A program made the translations under genes and the position numbers. Below are positions 16,705 to 25,313 of a DNA stretch of 30,558 nt, piece after piece (position 1 is the stretch's first letter; every line of letters starts with the position of its first letter). The stretch is from positions 1 through 30,558 of IMG/VR virus record IMGVR_UViG_3300027533_000070; one strand, given 5' to 3'. The notes beneath the pieces were generated by a model. It was not told the origin of the DNA, searched no databases, and saw only the letters and a list, made by a program, of their open reading frames with translations. Source of the stretch: a virus (lineage: Duplodnaviria > Caudoviricetes).

Positions 16705-17333
16705 TGGGAGTGGTGAGGCTGCCTCAGCCGTACGCGAGCAATCACGTCGCCATGCAGAACATGGAGGCGCTTCAGACTGTTGGTGAAGAGATCATCTACT
16801 TGTCGATGTACCACGTCAATATCGACGCAGGCACGCAGCCCAGATGCGAGGACTACGACCCCGACTATAACCAGGATGATCATTTCAAGTGCACCATCTG
16901 CTACGGGACGACATTCGATGGTGGGGTCAAGGCAGCGTGCCGTGCTTGGTCGATTGTCGGAGACGCTCAGAACATTGAGGATTTCTCCAAGCAGGGTGTT
17001 TTCAACAAGGAACGTGTAACTGCTCAGGTTGAGATTACTCCGGTCACAATGTCCAATGACTACATCATTCGGGTGGCCAGATGGTCGGACACCCACGTTC
17101 CACTTGTGCTCGGAGACCGCTACATCATCGAGGACGTTGGAGTCAGATCGGTTAGGACCGGAGCTAGGTACGGTCAGGTTTACCGCCAGGACTATTTTGG
17201 CCAGAAGACTTACATGAGCAAAGTGGACCCCAACCATCCGATCATGTTATACCCAGTGTCGCTGGTAGACCCAATGCCAAGGCTTGAAGAGCCACTGTCT
17301 TATGGCATCGAGATGTATGGCGGCAACCTGTGA
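16704..17333 (+). CDS. Neck / head-closure protein
   Basis: Contains RC...KCTICYGTTFDGG. Coupled to both neighbours and located between adaptor and tail completion genes. Confidence 0.55.
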   Translation: MGVVRLPQPYASNHVAMQNMEALQTVGEEIIYLSMYHVNIDAGTQPRCEDYDPDYNQDDHFKCTICYGTTFDGGVKAACRAWSIVGDAQNIEDFSKQGVFNKERVTAQVEITPVTMSNDYIIRVARWSDTHVPLVLGDRYIIEDVGVRSVRTGARYGQVYRQDYFGQKTYMSKVDPNHPIMLYPVSLVDPMPRLEEPLSYGIEMYGGNL

Positions 17334-17812
17334 GGTTTCGCCTGCCTCGATCGCAGTCTCGGAAGATGTCCGAAATCGCGGTGCAGCGCGCTCGGGAGTA
17401 CGGCGACCGCCGTGGTTGGCGTGGGACTCGCTATCTGGAGCCGGTGGTGCAGAAGGGTGTAGTTGGCATTAAGGTCACCCGCCAGTACCTGCTTTGTCAG
17501 AACTACGGAACCAAACCTCGTGTGATGTACGAGCTTGAGGGCAAGGTTGTTCCGATGAAGGGAGGACCAAGGAGGGCCAAGGGGGTCGGCCAACCTGGCT
17601 GGGTTACCCTTCCTGGTGGGGTCAGAGTGTTCCGCCAGCAGAAGTGGCGACACCCTGGCATCAAGCCGACGCACTTCTTGGAAGAGGCCATCCAGTTCGC
17701 TATTAATAAGGATAAGCACAACTTGCAGAACTGGCTTATGGCGATTGTGGACCCGAACAGAGCTAACGCCATCACGAAGACTGATGCCTCAGACGCGACG
17801 AGGATCGACTGA
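17330..17812 (+). CDS. Basic tail completion / neck protein (HK97 gp10-like)
   Basis: Arg-rich, with NYGTKP...WRHPGIKPTHFLEEAI motif. Confidence 0.6.
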   Translation: MRFRLPRSQSRKMSEIAVQRAREYGDRRGWRGTRYLEPVVQKGVVGIKVTRQYLLCQNYGTKPRVMYELEGKVVPMKGGPRRAKGVGQPGWVTLPGGVRVFRQQKWRHPGIKPTHFLEEAIQFAINKDKHNLQNWLMAIVDPNRANAITKTDASDATRID

Positions 17813-18483
17813 TGCCTGAATTCCCTCCACTTGTTACAGGCGAGGCCGGTCAAGGTCTACTTATTGCTCCGGCTAAGAAGACCATGATCAGGGCTCTTCG
17901 GGCAACCTTCACCGCCTTGTACCCAGACACCAAGCTCGCAGACATAAACACCGCTATGGAGTACCCATATCTAGAAGAGGAATATCCAGGTATCTGGGTT
18001 AGGTTTAGTCCTCACAAGATTCAGTCTTCCGGGCTAGACCCTACGCAACAGACTGATGAAGAGATTTTCATAGTTTGGCACTTTGAGGGAACCTTCAATT
18101 TGATGATCTTCGCCTTGTCGTCTAAAGAACGAGATCTCATCTCAGATGGCTTCATTGAGGCGTACGCTTTCGGAACATTGATGCCTAGCGCCAGTGTGTT
18201 TGCGTCAACTCTTCTCGCCTCTGAACTCATCAACATGACTCTTCAGTCTGACATTTTGACTCCTGGTGGTCAGACTGAATCTGTAGGTACTCCCTGGGAT
18301 GACGATAAGTATGTCTATCAAGATAGTTACTCGTTTGAGGTAGTCGGCCAGGTCAGGTCTAGAGTTCAGCCAGATGTCGTCTTCACCAACCTCTCCGAGA
18401 TCCAGGTTAGTTCTACCCTTACCAACGTCACCGGTGCTCCAGATAACTCGATTGGAGATGACGGTAATGGGGAGTGGCAATAG
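17812..18483 (+). CDS. Tail terminator / completion protein
   Basis: Contains YPGIWV and IFALSSKERDLISD. Lies directly upstream of the sheath gene. Confidence 0.6.
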   Translation: MPEFPPLVTGEAGQGLLIAPAKKTMIRALRATFTALYPDTKLADINTAMEYPYLEEEYPGIWVRFSPHKIQSSGLDPTQQTDEEIFIVWHFEGTFNLMIFALSSKERDLISDGFIEAYAFGTLMPSASVFASTLLASELINMTLQSDILTPGGQTESVGTPWDDDKYVYQDSYSFEVVGQVRSRVQPDVVFTNLSEIQVSSTLTNVTGAPDNSIGDDGNGEWQ

Positions 18484-18524
18484 GTTCTCGTAGTATTTGT
18501 TGACCCGAGAAGGAGCTTGATGAC

Positions 18525-19982
18525 ATGACGGCACCCAACTTCTCAAGGTACGTGCCACCTGGCGTGTACACCGAGAGTGTCGCTGGTCCCTCTGTCGGCA
18601 TCTCCACGCTGACTCCATCCGCAGTCGGCATCTTCGGAACGACCGTGGGTTTCAGGAATTTCACAGACGTGTTCGTGGTGCCGGCTGACGCGGCTGGTCC
18701 GACTCCTGTGGCGTTCGGCCCACTGACGAAGCTGGGAGCAGCAGATACCACGATCGTCATTACCGACGTGAACACCGGAGTGGTCTACGTCCCGGTCACC
18801 GACTACGCTGTGATTCAGGACTCTGGAGACGACACGGTGCTTGACACCAATGACGACTCCTTCACCTTCACTCGGGTGCTCGGTGGCGACCTTGATGCTG
18901 GTGCTACGGTCCGGGTCACGTACCAGTACACCGACGCCACTTTCTTTGATGCCACGACTTTCATTGACACCTTCGATGTGCAAGACGCTTACGGTCCGGC
19001 TTTCGATTCATCCGGCACCCTGACTTCGCCGCTCACTCTGGCTGCCCAGTTGGCCTTCGCTAACGGTGCTACGGAGATCGTGGCCGTGGCCGTGGACTAC
19101 AGCGGTGCGCCGGTTCTGGCAGATCTCCAGGAGGCCCTGGCCAAGCTTAACGACATCGAGAGCATTGCTGTCGTGGTTCCGGCCACCGGGGACAACACGG
19201 TCTTCGGGTCAGTGTCTTCTCACGTTAACCTCCAGTCGGCAAACCGGATGGAGCGCCGAGCGATTGTGGGTGTGGACGGAAGCACTACCCCAGTTAGTTC
19301 CGCGACGAGGATCACGTACGCCGAGGCTGTTGCCAATCGTCGTGTGATGATGGTGTCCCCGGCCACGGTCAAATATTTCTCTACCGCAGCCAACCTTGAG
19401 GTCACCATCGCCGGGTACTTCATGGCCGCTGCACTCGCCGGAATTGCAGTGTCTCAGGGTGTTGCCCTTCCGCTCACCAGGAAGTTCTTGGCTGGGTTCG
19501 CTTCCATTCCAGAGGTTCTTTCCGAGCAACAGAAGAACACCGAGGCCACTTCGGGCTTGTGTGTGATCGAGCAGTTGCGCTCGGGCCAGATCAGGATTCG
19601 TCATGGGGTTACGACAGACCCTACGAGTCTCTATACCCGTGAGTGGACAATCACCGGCCAGGAGGACCGCCTGGCTATCTCGATCAGGAACTACCTGGAT
19701 TCTTCTGGTGTCATCGGGTCTGTCATCTCGAACACAACACTGGCTTCAGTCAAGGCTCAGGTTATTGGCGCGCTTGGCATCCTCCAGGACAACGGCGACA
19801 TCCAGGCGTGGCGGAACATTCAGACCAGGCAACTGATCAACAACCCAGACGTGATCCAGGTGCAGTTTGAGTGGCAGGCAAGCATCCCGCTCAACTACAT
19901 CCTTGTGAGGTACAGCATTGACCTCACCACTGGTGATGTGACTCAGACGCAGATCTCAACACCGACATCGCCGCAGGGCTAG
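18525..19982 (+). CDS. Tail sheath protein
   Basis: Motifs YVPPGVYTE, LAFANGA, IRIRHGVTTD and VQFEWQASIPLNYILV are typical of contractile sheath proteins. RBS GAAGGAG. Confidence 0.9.
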   Translation: MTAPNFSRYVPPGVYTESVAGPSVGISTLTPSAVGIFGTTVGFRNFTDVFVVPADAAGPTPVAFGPLTKLGAADTTIVITDVNTGVVYVPVTDYAVIQDSGDDTVLDTNDDSFTFTRVLGGDLDAGATVRVTYQYTDATFFDATTFIDTFDVQDAYGPAFDSSGTLTSPLTLAAQLAFANGATEIVAVAVDYSGAPVLADLQEALAKLNDIESIAVVVPATGDNTVFGSVSSHVNLQSANRMERRAIVGVDGSTTPVSSATRITYAEAVANRRVMMVSPATVKYFSTAANLEVTIAGYFMAAALAGIAVSQGVALPLTRKFLAGFASIPEVLSEQQKNTEATSGLCVIEQLRSGQIRIRHGVTTDPTSLYTREWTITGQEDRLAISIRNYLDSSGVIGSVISNTTLASVKAQVIGALGILQDNGDIQAWRNIQTRQLINNPDVIQVQFEWQASIPLNYILVRYSIDLTTGDVTQTQISTPTSPQG

Positions 19983-19993
19983 GAGAGGGATAG

Positions 19994-20470
19994 ATGGCTG
20001 CTTCAGAGACCCGTGTAGGTGGGTCCGCCTGGACCGTCTTCCTGTGGAGCGGTCAGCCGCTCGCGTGGATGCAGGTCTTGTCGGACCGTGCTCCGGCTCC
20101 GGTTGCTCCGTCACAGGCCATCCAGCCACTCGACGAGCAACATCCCATCGAGATCGTCACTCCGAGGGCGGTCGGTGCAGGCACACTGACCTTGACCAAC
20201 TTCGAGCGCTGGAACCAGCAGGTGTGGCAGGAGCTTGCCGGCCTGGAGAACGCGACCTCGATCCTGGACATCTTCGACGCGCAACTCACTCTGGGGAACA
20301 TCACCTGCAACAAGATCATCAGGGCTCCTGGCTTCCCGAACGGCATCCGCACCAAGGTGTACGAGAAGTGCACCATCACGGATGCCGACGAGTCTGAGGT
20401 TATCAACATTGGAACGATGACTCTCCCCAAGGCCATCACCATTATGTACACAAGGCACCACTACATCTGA
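19994..20470 (+). CDS. Tail tube protein
   Basis: 158 aa directly after the sheath. Contains PIEIVTP, GTLTLT and YEKCTITD, and has a strong RBS. Confidence 0.85.
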   Translation: MAASETRVGGSAWTVFLWSGQPLAWMQVLSDRAPAPVAPSQAIQPLDEQHPIEIVTPRAVGAGTLTLTNFERWNQQVWQELAGLENATSILDIFDAQLTLGNITCNKIIRAPGFPNGIRTKVYEKCTITDADESEVINIGTMTLPKAITIMYTRHHYI

Positions 20471-20475
20471 TCCTG

Positions 20476-20937
20476 GTGGTGCGCGTGGATTACGTTGAGT
20501 GGGAGAACATCTCCACAGGTGTTTTCATAGCCAAGTCTGCTGCCGTTTTGTCGATAGAGGAGTGCCCTCTTTGCAAGACGGCCTTCTCCACTGAGCCGGA
20601 TAGTTTTGGAGAGGTTCAGTGTTTCGGCAGACATGTGTTCGCTGCTGAAGACGATGGTGAGAACTACACCATATCTCACGTCGACAGCATTCCCAAACAG
20701 GTGTCTACCAAGTGGGTTATGCATGATGACGCTTATGTAGCCAACTTGGACTCAGATCTAATTGGGTGCCCTAAGTGCCATAGTCCTCTCGACCTGTCTG
20801 CGGTTGCCGTGAAAGATACACGAGGTTCGTTCTACGCAGGTTGTGCTGCTGGCCACGAGTTCGACGCTTATGTTAGAGTCCCCCATATCTGGCTCTATGA
20901 CAGCGACAACGGGCCGTTCACCACGCTGGAAAGGTAA
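20476..20937 (+). CDS. Hypothetical protein with two CPxC...CxxxH zinc fingers
   Basis: CPLC...QCFGRHVF and CPKC...GCAAGHEF. The ORF fills the tube-chaperone gap. Start is uncertain (20476 or 20479). Confidence 0.7.
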   Translation: MVRVDYVEWENISTGVFIAKSAAVLSIEECPLCKTAFSTEPDSFGEVQCFGRHVFAAEDDGENYTISHVDSIPKQVSTKWVMHDDAYVANLDSDLIGCPKCHSPLDLSAVAVKDTRGSFYAGCAAGHEFDAYVRVPHIWLYDSDNGPFTTLER

Positions 20938-20939
20938 AT

Positions 20940-21557
20940 ATGCCTGCTAGAAAAAGGACGATGGCCTCCCTTGAGGGACCTTCTGGCGACGGACTGATTC
21001 CACCGGACCCAGACGCCCTTCTCATTGCGCAGCGGAAGGCAGAGATCCAAGCGGCAGCCGCGCAGACGGCTGAGTTAGCGCCTCCGGATCAAGACGCTCT
21101 CCTGGAGCAGCGTAAGGCCGAGATGAAAGAAGCTGCTGAAAAAGCACACGAGACGCTGCCGGAGTTGTCCGTTGCCGAGGAGGACGAGGTTGTCGATCTC
21201 GTCAACGCCGGGCGCAAGGAGAAGTTTGTCGAGATCTTTGGGCGCAATATCCACTTGCGCACTCTCACCATTGAAGAGGAGTTGAAGGTCTCCGAGATCA
21301 CCAAGCAGTACATCGGTTCGGATGGTTACCCGCGCGCCTACCGCACTGCTGTGGTCGCAGCCGCCATCAGGACGATCGACGGGAAACTCTTGTTCAATCC
21401 GATCTCCGAGCCTGAGTTCGATCAGATCATCGTTAAGAAGTTTGAGAAGTTGCTGAGCTACTACCCGCTGGCTGTAGATCAGGTCTACAACAGGTATCGC
21501 GAGATGGAGCTTGAGCTTTTGGCGCTCGTGGAAAAGCTGGGAAAATCCTCAGGCTGA
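20940..21557 (+). CDS. Tail assembly chaperone (G-like)
   Basis: LRTLTIEEEL motif, location before the tape measure gene, and an LGK ending encoded by slippery GGGAAAA. Confidence 0.85.
   Translation: MPARKRTMASLEGPSGDGLIPPDPDALLIAQRKAEIQAAAAQTAELAPPDQDALLEQRKAEMKEAAEKAHETLPELSVAEEDEVVDLVNAGRKEKFVEIFGRNIHLRTLTIEEELKVSEITKQYIGSDGYPRAYRTAVVAAAIRTIDGKLLFNPISEPEFDQIIVKKFEKLLSYYPLAVDQVYNRYREMELELLALVEKLGKSSG
21539..21545 (+). promoter_or_regulatory. Programmed -1 ribosomal frameshift site G GGA AAA
   Basis: X XXY YYZ heptamer in the correct phase. The -1 frame is open from 21545 to the stop at 21916. Confidence 0.88.
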
Positions 21558-21916
21558 GCCGACGAGTTGAGTTCGAAATCGGCTTGGCCTACAGGTCTGG
21601 GAAACTCACCGGAACCAACCAATCCAGGATTCAACGATGGGCGCTCGCGTACCAGCAATATGCCGAGAGAAGAGAGCAGTCAGACCAATATTCTGAAATC
21701 AGGAAGTTGCTTCACTTCATTCTTAGGGGCACCGACAACAAATTGTACGAAGCGGCTTACCCAAGGATTGAGGCAGATGACCCTGATGTCATCCCAGGTC
21801 ATACATATGGGGTAGATGACCTAGAAGGCTTGGAGAAGTTGCTCAGAGATATTGGCGGGGTGACTACGAAGACGCAGGCATCTCTAGGCGGCGACGAGTG
21901 GTCTGAGTGGGGGTAG
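21545..21916 (+). CDS. Tail assembly chaperone frameshift extension (T-like portion of GT fusion)
   Basis: The -1 frame reads ILRLSRRVEFEIGLAYRSGK...SEWG and has no convincing independent RBS/start. Confidence 0.8.
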   Translation: MLRLSRRVEFEIGLAYRSGKLTGTNQSRIQRWALAYQQYAERREQSDQYSEIRKLLHFILRGTDNKLYEAAYPRIEADDPDVIPGHTYGVDDLEGLEKLLRDIGGVTTKTQASLGGDEWSEWG

Positions 21917-21919
21917 CGG

Positions 21920-24031
21920 GTGCCTTTTGAGGACCTTACCGGGAACTCTGGGTTCACCAGTGACTCGGAGGGGGCTAACGCCAATCTCGACATCACCATG
22001 TCGGACGATTCCGCGCGCAACCTCTGGGATGTTCAGGCGGCCATCCAGCAGATTGCTGCCGATCTTCAGACTGCTGTTCGTAGCGCGGCCGACTTCCAAA
22101 GCTACTTGATCTCCATTCGCGAGACCAGCCAGACCATCAGGATGCCCTCGCTGGGCATGGAGGGTGGCGAGGGTGGCAACATGTCCTACTCGGGCGGTCG
22201 AGTAGACACCGGTTCAGTTCCACTTATTCAGAGCGAACTGGGGATGGCCAGTCGGATCGGCGAGATGGAGGAGAACGCCAGCGGGGCTGGTGGTGGAGCC
22301 ATGGCTGCTCGCAATCCTGGCGAGCGCCCGTTTGATGCTGGAGAAGCTGTCAGCCAGATGACCAACCTCGCCTGGATGGCGAGCATGACTGGTTCGCACA
22401 ACGCGCCACCGGAGACCGTGGCTGCCTACGAGCGGGAGTACCAGTTCGCCCTGAGCAACACAAGGAACGCACAGGTTCGCCGAGCTTCTTTCGGAGGACA
22501 GACGGGAACCCCTCGGGCCTACGCTGCCTCACAAATCGTTCGGCAGGGTCTTCCAGCAGCCCAGCAGTTTCTCCACGGTGGCGGTCTAGGTGGTGCTGCC
22601 TCGATGCTTGGTCGTCTCGGCACGTACGGTGCTATTGGGTACGCTGCTTACCAGTTAGTCGATGCCGGCCTGGAGACTTACGCCCAGTCGAGGGCCATGG
22701 CTATTTCGACCAACAACAGCGACCACGGTATTGGGTGGGGTTTTGGAACAAGAGTCTCCCAAGCCGGAATGGCTATGTCGCCGTTCGTCTCTCAAGAAGA
22801 CGCTGCTCAGATCTATCAAGCCGCGATCGAACAGGGGTGGGCCAGCAGGGAGAGTGGCGGGTTTGGGCAGGGAGACTTCAGTTCGGCCGTGAACTTCATG
22901 TACGGGGCGGCCAAGGATTACAACATGGACCCGGCCATGTCAGCCCAACTGCTTCAGACGAACACTCTTGAGGCCGGGCAGTCTGTTGCTGCGCTCAGCC
23001 AGCAACTTCTCACGCTGAAGCAAACTCTGGACGGCACCGGGGTCAGTATGGCGGCTGCGACTGGTGCCTTTACTAGTGCCACCTCATTCTTCATTGGCGC
23101 TGGAGCTTCTCCCGCTGATGCCGCCATCATCTCCGGTGGGATGCTCAAGTCGTTCTCTGGGAACACCGTTCTTGGCCCCAACGCTGCTGGTTTGCAGATG
23201 TCGGTGTCTGCGATGCAGAACCCCGGTCTACAGAATGTCATTGGTGCTCTCAATGGCAATTTGGGTGCTGCTGCCTTTGCTGGTCCTAACGCTAGACAAG
23301 GTGTCGAGACTTATCAAAAGCTTCTCCACACTCTCGCCAAGCAGTATTCTAGCCAGACTGGGACCAGTTGGGAAAATAGGGTAGCCATGTTCATGACTTC
23401 CTATGGTCACCTTACTGGGCAGCAGATTGACTTTAACAAGGGCGAGCAGCTTATGACCGAAGCTGCCGCTGACCCTGAGTTCATGACCAGGGGAGAAGAT
23501 GATTTCGTGGCCGCGACTAGCATGTCTGGACTGCAACATCAGAACTGGGGTCAGCAGGGGTTCCATGGGTTCGATGCTGCACTTGAAAGTTCGTTCGGAT
23601 CTGGCAGTCACCAGAACAGCACTGCCGCTATCAATTCTCATGAATATTGGAATGAAGAGGTCAACAACCTTTTGCTGAACTCGGGAGACAATCTCGGGAA
23701 CTTGACCTTGTATGGTCCTAACGGCAAGCCTGTTTCGATGAACGGTCGTCAGGTATCTGGAGCAGATATCGCCTCATGGTTCAACAGCCAGGAGAATTAC
23801 GCAAAGTTCAATGACCCCAAGGGTGGATACTACATTCAGGATCAGACCGACAAGAGCAAGAACCCCAACAAGTACAACTACTCCAACATTGGTCTCGGAG
23901 GATCTAACGCTGAGGCTAGTGCTGGTGGCGGCAGAGACAAGAACACTCTTTACATCACCTTGTCTGATCAGGCCAAGACCCTGATCAACATTAACAGAGA
24001 CACGTTCCCGCTCGATGACGGGACTGGATGA
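21920..24031 (+). CDS. Tape measure protein
   Basis: 703-aa Ala/Gly/Ser/Gln-rich, largely helical protein immediately after the frameshifted chaperone. Confidence 0.8.
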   Translation: MPFEDLTGNSGFTSDSEGANANLDITMSDDSARNLWDVQAAIQQIAADLQTAVRSAADFQSYLISIRETSQTIRMPSLGMEGGEGGNMSYSGGRVDTGSVPLIQSELGMASRIGEMEENASGAGGGAMAARNPGERPFDAGEAVSQMTNLAWMASMTGSHNAPPETVAAYEREYQFALSNTRNAQVRRASFGGQTGTPRAYAASQIVRQGLPAAQQFLHGGGLGGAASMLGRLGTYGAIGYAAYQLVDAGLETYAQSRAMAISTNNSDHGIGWGFGTRVSQAGMAMSPFVSQEDAAQIYQAAIEQGWASRESGGFGQGDFSSAVNFMYGAAKDYNMDPAMSAQLLQTNTLEAGQSVAALSQQLLTLKQTLDGTGVSMAAATGAFTSATSFFIGAGASPADAAIISGGMLKSFSGNTVLGPNAAGLQMSVSAMQNPGLQNVIGALNGNLGAAAFAGPNARQGVETYQKLLHTLAKQYSSQTGTSWENRVAMFMTSYGHLTGQQIDFNKGEQLMTEAAADPEFMTRGEDDFVAATSMSGLQHQNWGQQGFHGFDAALESSFGSGSHQNSTAAINSHEYWNEEVNNLLLNSGDNLGNLTLYGPNGKPVSMNGRQVSGADIASWFNSQENYAKFNDPKGGYYIQDQTDKSKNPNKYNYSNIGLGGSNAEASAGGGRDKNTLYITLSDQAKTLININRDTFPLDDGTG

Positions 24032-24603
24032 TGACGGAAGCAGCGCTGCTGACGTTCAATGGAGGGGTTCGCAACTTCATCGTCCGAACCAATCCAAACT
24101 ACATCTCGTACTCGTACAGCCTTAGGACTCAGACCTATCCTACCTACGGTGGCCGGGTGGTGCAGATCCTTGGGGTCAACTATGGAACGCTCTCCGTCGA
24201 GATCGAGTCTGGGAGCAAGAGGACGGTCAACGGCAAGGTCGGTGACTATGCTTACTTCAGAGACGTGATCGCGTGGTTTAGAGACACATCGCTCTGGCAG
24301 CGTAACAGCAAGCAGCCGATCCAGTTCACGTACCCTGCTCGCAACTACGTACTGAACGTCTTTCTCAAGAACCTGACTATCGCCGACGACCTCCAGAACG
24401 TCACTAGGCCGCTTCAGATCGAGCTAGAGATCGAAGACGACTTTACCGGATTGCTTACTGGTGACATCGTTCGGTCCGAATTGGAGTATTTCCAGGAAGG
24501 CATCGGGTACGAGAAGACCATGTACAACTTCCTGGAGGAGAACGTGGTCACCAAGGATCAGGTGGCTCATGCAGGAAGTCGCAGAGGGGATCTACCTGAC
24601 TAA
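24028..24603 (+). CDS. Baseplate / tail tube initiator-like protein
   Basis: RTNPNYISYSY...TYGGRVVQILG tube-fold-like motif. Follows the tape measure gene. Confidence 0.65.
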   Translation: MMTEAALLTFNGGVRNFIVRTNPNYISYSYSLRTQTYPTYGGRVVQILGVNYGTLSVEIESGSKRTVNGKVGDYAYFRDVIAWFRDTSLWQRNSKQPIQFTYPARNYVLNVFLKNLTIADDLQNVTRPLQIELEIEDDFTGLLTGDIVRSELEYFQEGIGYEKTMYNFLEENVVTKDQVAHAGSRRGDLPD

Positions 24604-24806
24604 TGGCAACTTCGTTCGTTTCCAATGGATCGGTGTCTAGACCATCTAACAATAATCAGAGGCTTGTTGAGCATCGCAAGATGGGCGGCATCTCGTTCGA
24701 TGTTAGATGGGGCTTGTTCGTTCCATTTGATGAGGAGCTTGTGGCTTACCAAGAACCTCATCCTGCGGAGGTGGGCAACGTTGGCACTGTTGATATCCCC
24801 GACTAA
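24603..24806 (+). CDS. Small hypothetical baseplate-region protein
   Basis: TAATG-coupled start, 67 aa, fills the gap before the next gene. Confidence 0.55.
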   Translation: MATSFVSNGSVSRPSNNNQRLVEHRKMGGISFDVRWGLFVPFDEELVAYQEPHPAEVGNVGTVDIPD

Positions 24807-25311
24807 TGGTCAGCGCGAGATCCACATTGTCAGGTATCAAACTGCTCTCGCTAACAACCTGAACCAGAACACGATGAGGCTCGGGCGAAACAACGTTTCC
24901 ATTAAGGTGACTCAAGAAGCCTTCAGCTTCGTTGTCCAGTGCACCACCCCAGAGAACAAGAGAGCCCTTCAGGACTTCCTCACGATTGTCATGAGAGCCA
25001 CCATGGCTGGGGGGAATAACCTGAACCCAGTTAGGCTTCTGTGGGCTAGTCAGCGGATTGACTACTTAGGCTACATCATGGAGAACCAGTTAGGAGCCCA
25101 AAGGTTCGAAGTTGGACCTTACTTGAGCTTCTCCATGCTGCTAGCCAAGGACGAGCTAAATACCATTACGAACGACTATAGCACCGGAGGGGACTACACC
25201 GGAATTTACGATGGTCAGGTATTCACGGAGGATGACTTCATACCACCGCCGTCAGGTGGGAACACTGACAATCCCCCCATCCCCCGTGGTCCAGTCGAGT
25301 TTAGCGAGTAG
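24781..25311 (+). CDS. Putative baseplate protein
   Basis: TTG at 24781 lies 8 nt after GGAGGT (24767-24772), a better start than the listed 24625. 176 aa. Confidence 0.6.
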   Translation: MALLISPTNGQREIHIVRYQTALANNLNQNTMRLGRNNVSIKVTQEAFSFVVQCTTPENKRALQDFLTIVMRATMAGGNNLNPVRLLWASQRIDYLGYIMENQLGAQRFEVGPYLSFSMLLAKDELNTITNDYSTGGDYTGIYDGQVFTEDDFIPPPSGGNTDNPPIPRGPVEFSE

Positions 25312-25313
25312 CC

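Noticed and set aside
24625-24780. N-terminal extension of the 228-aa ORF, or a frameshift joining it to 24603-24806
   Set aside because: The extension overlaps the 67-aa gene and reads as non-protein-like. A good SD plus TTG exists at 24781, and no slippery heptamer is evident.
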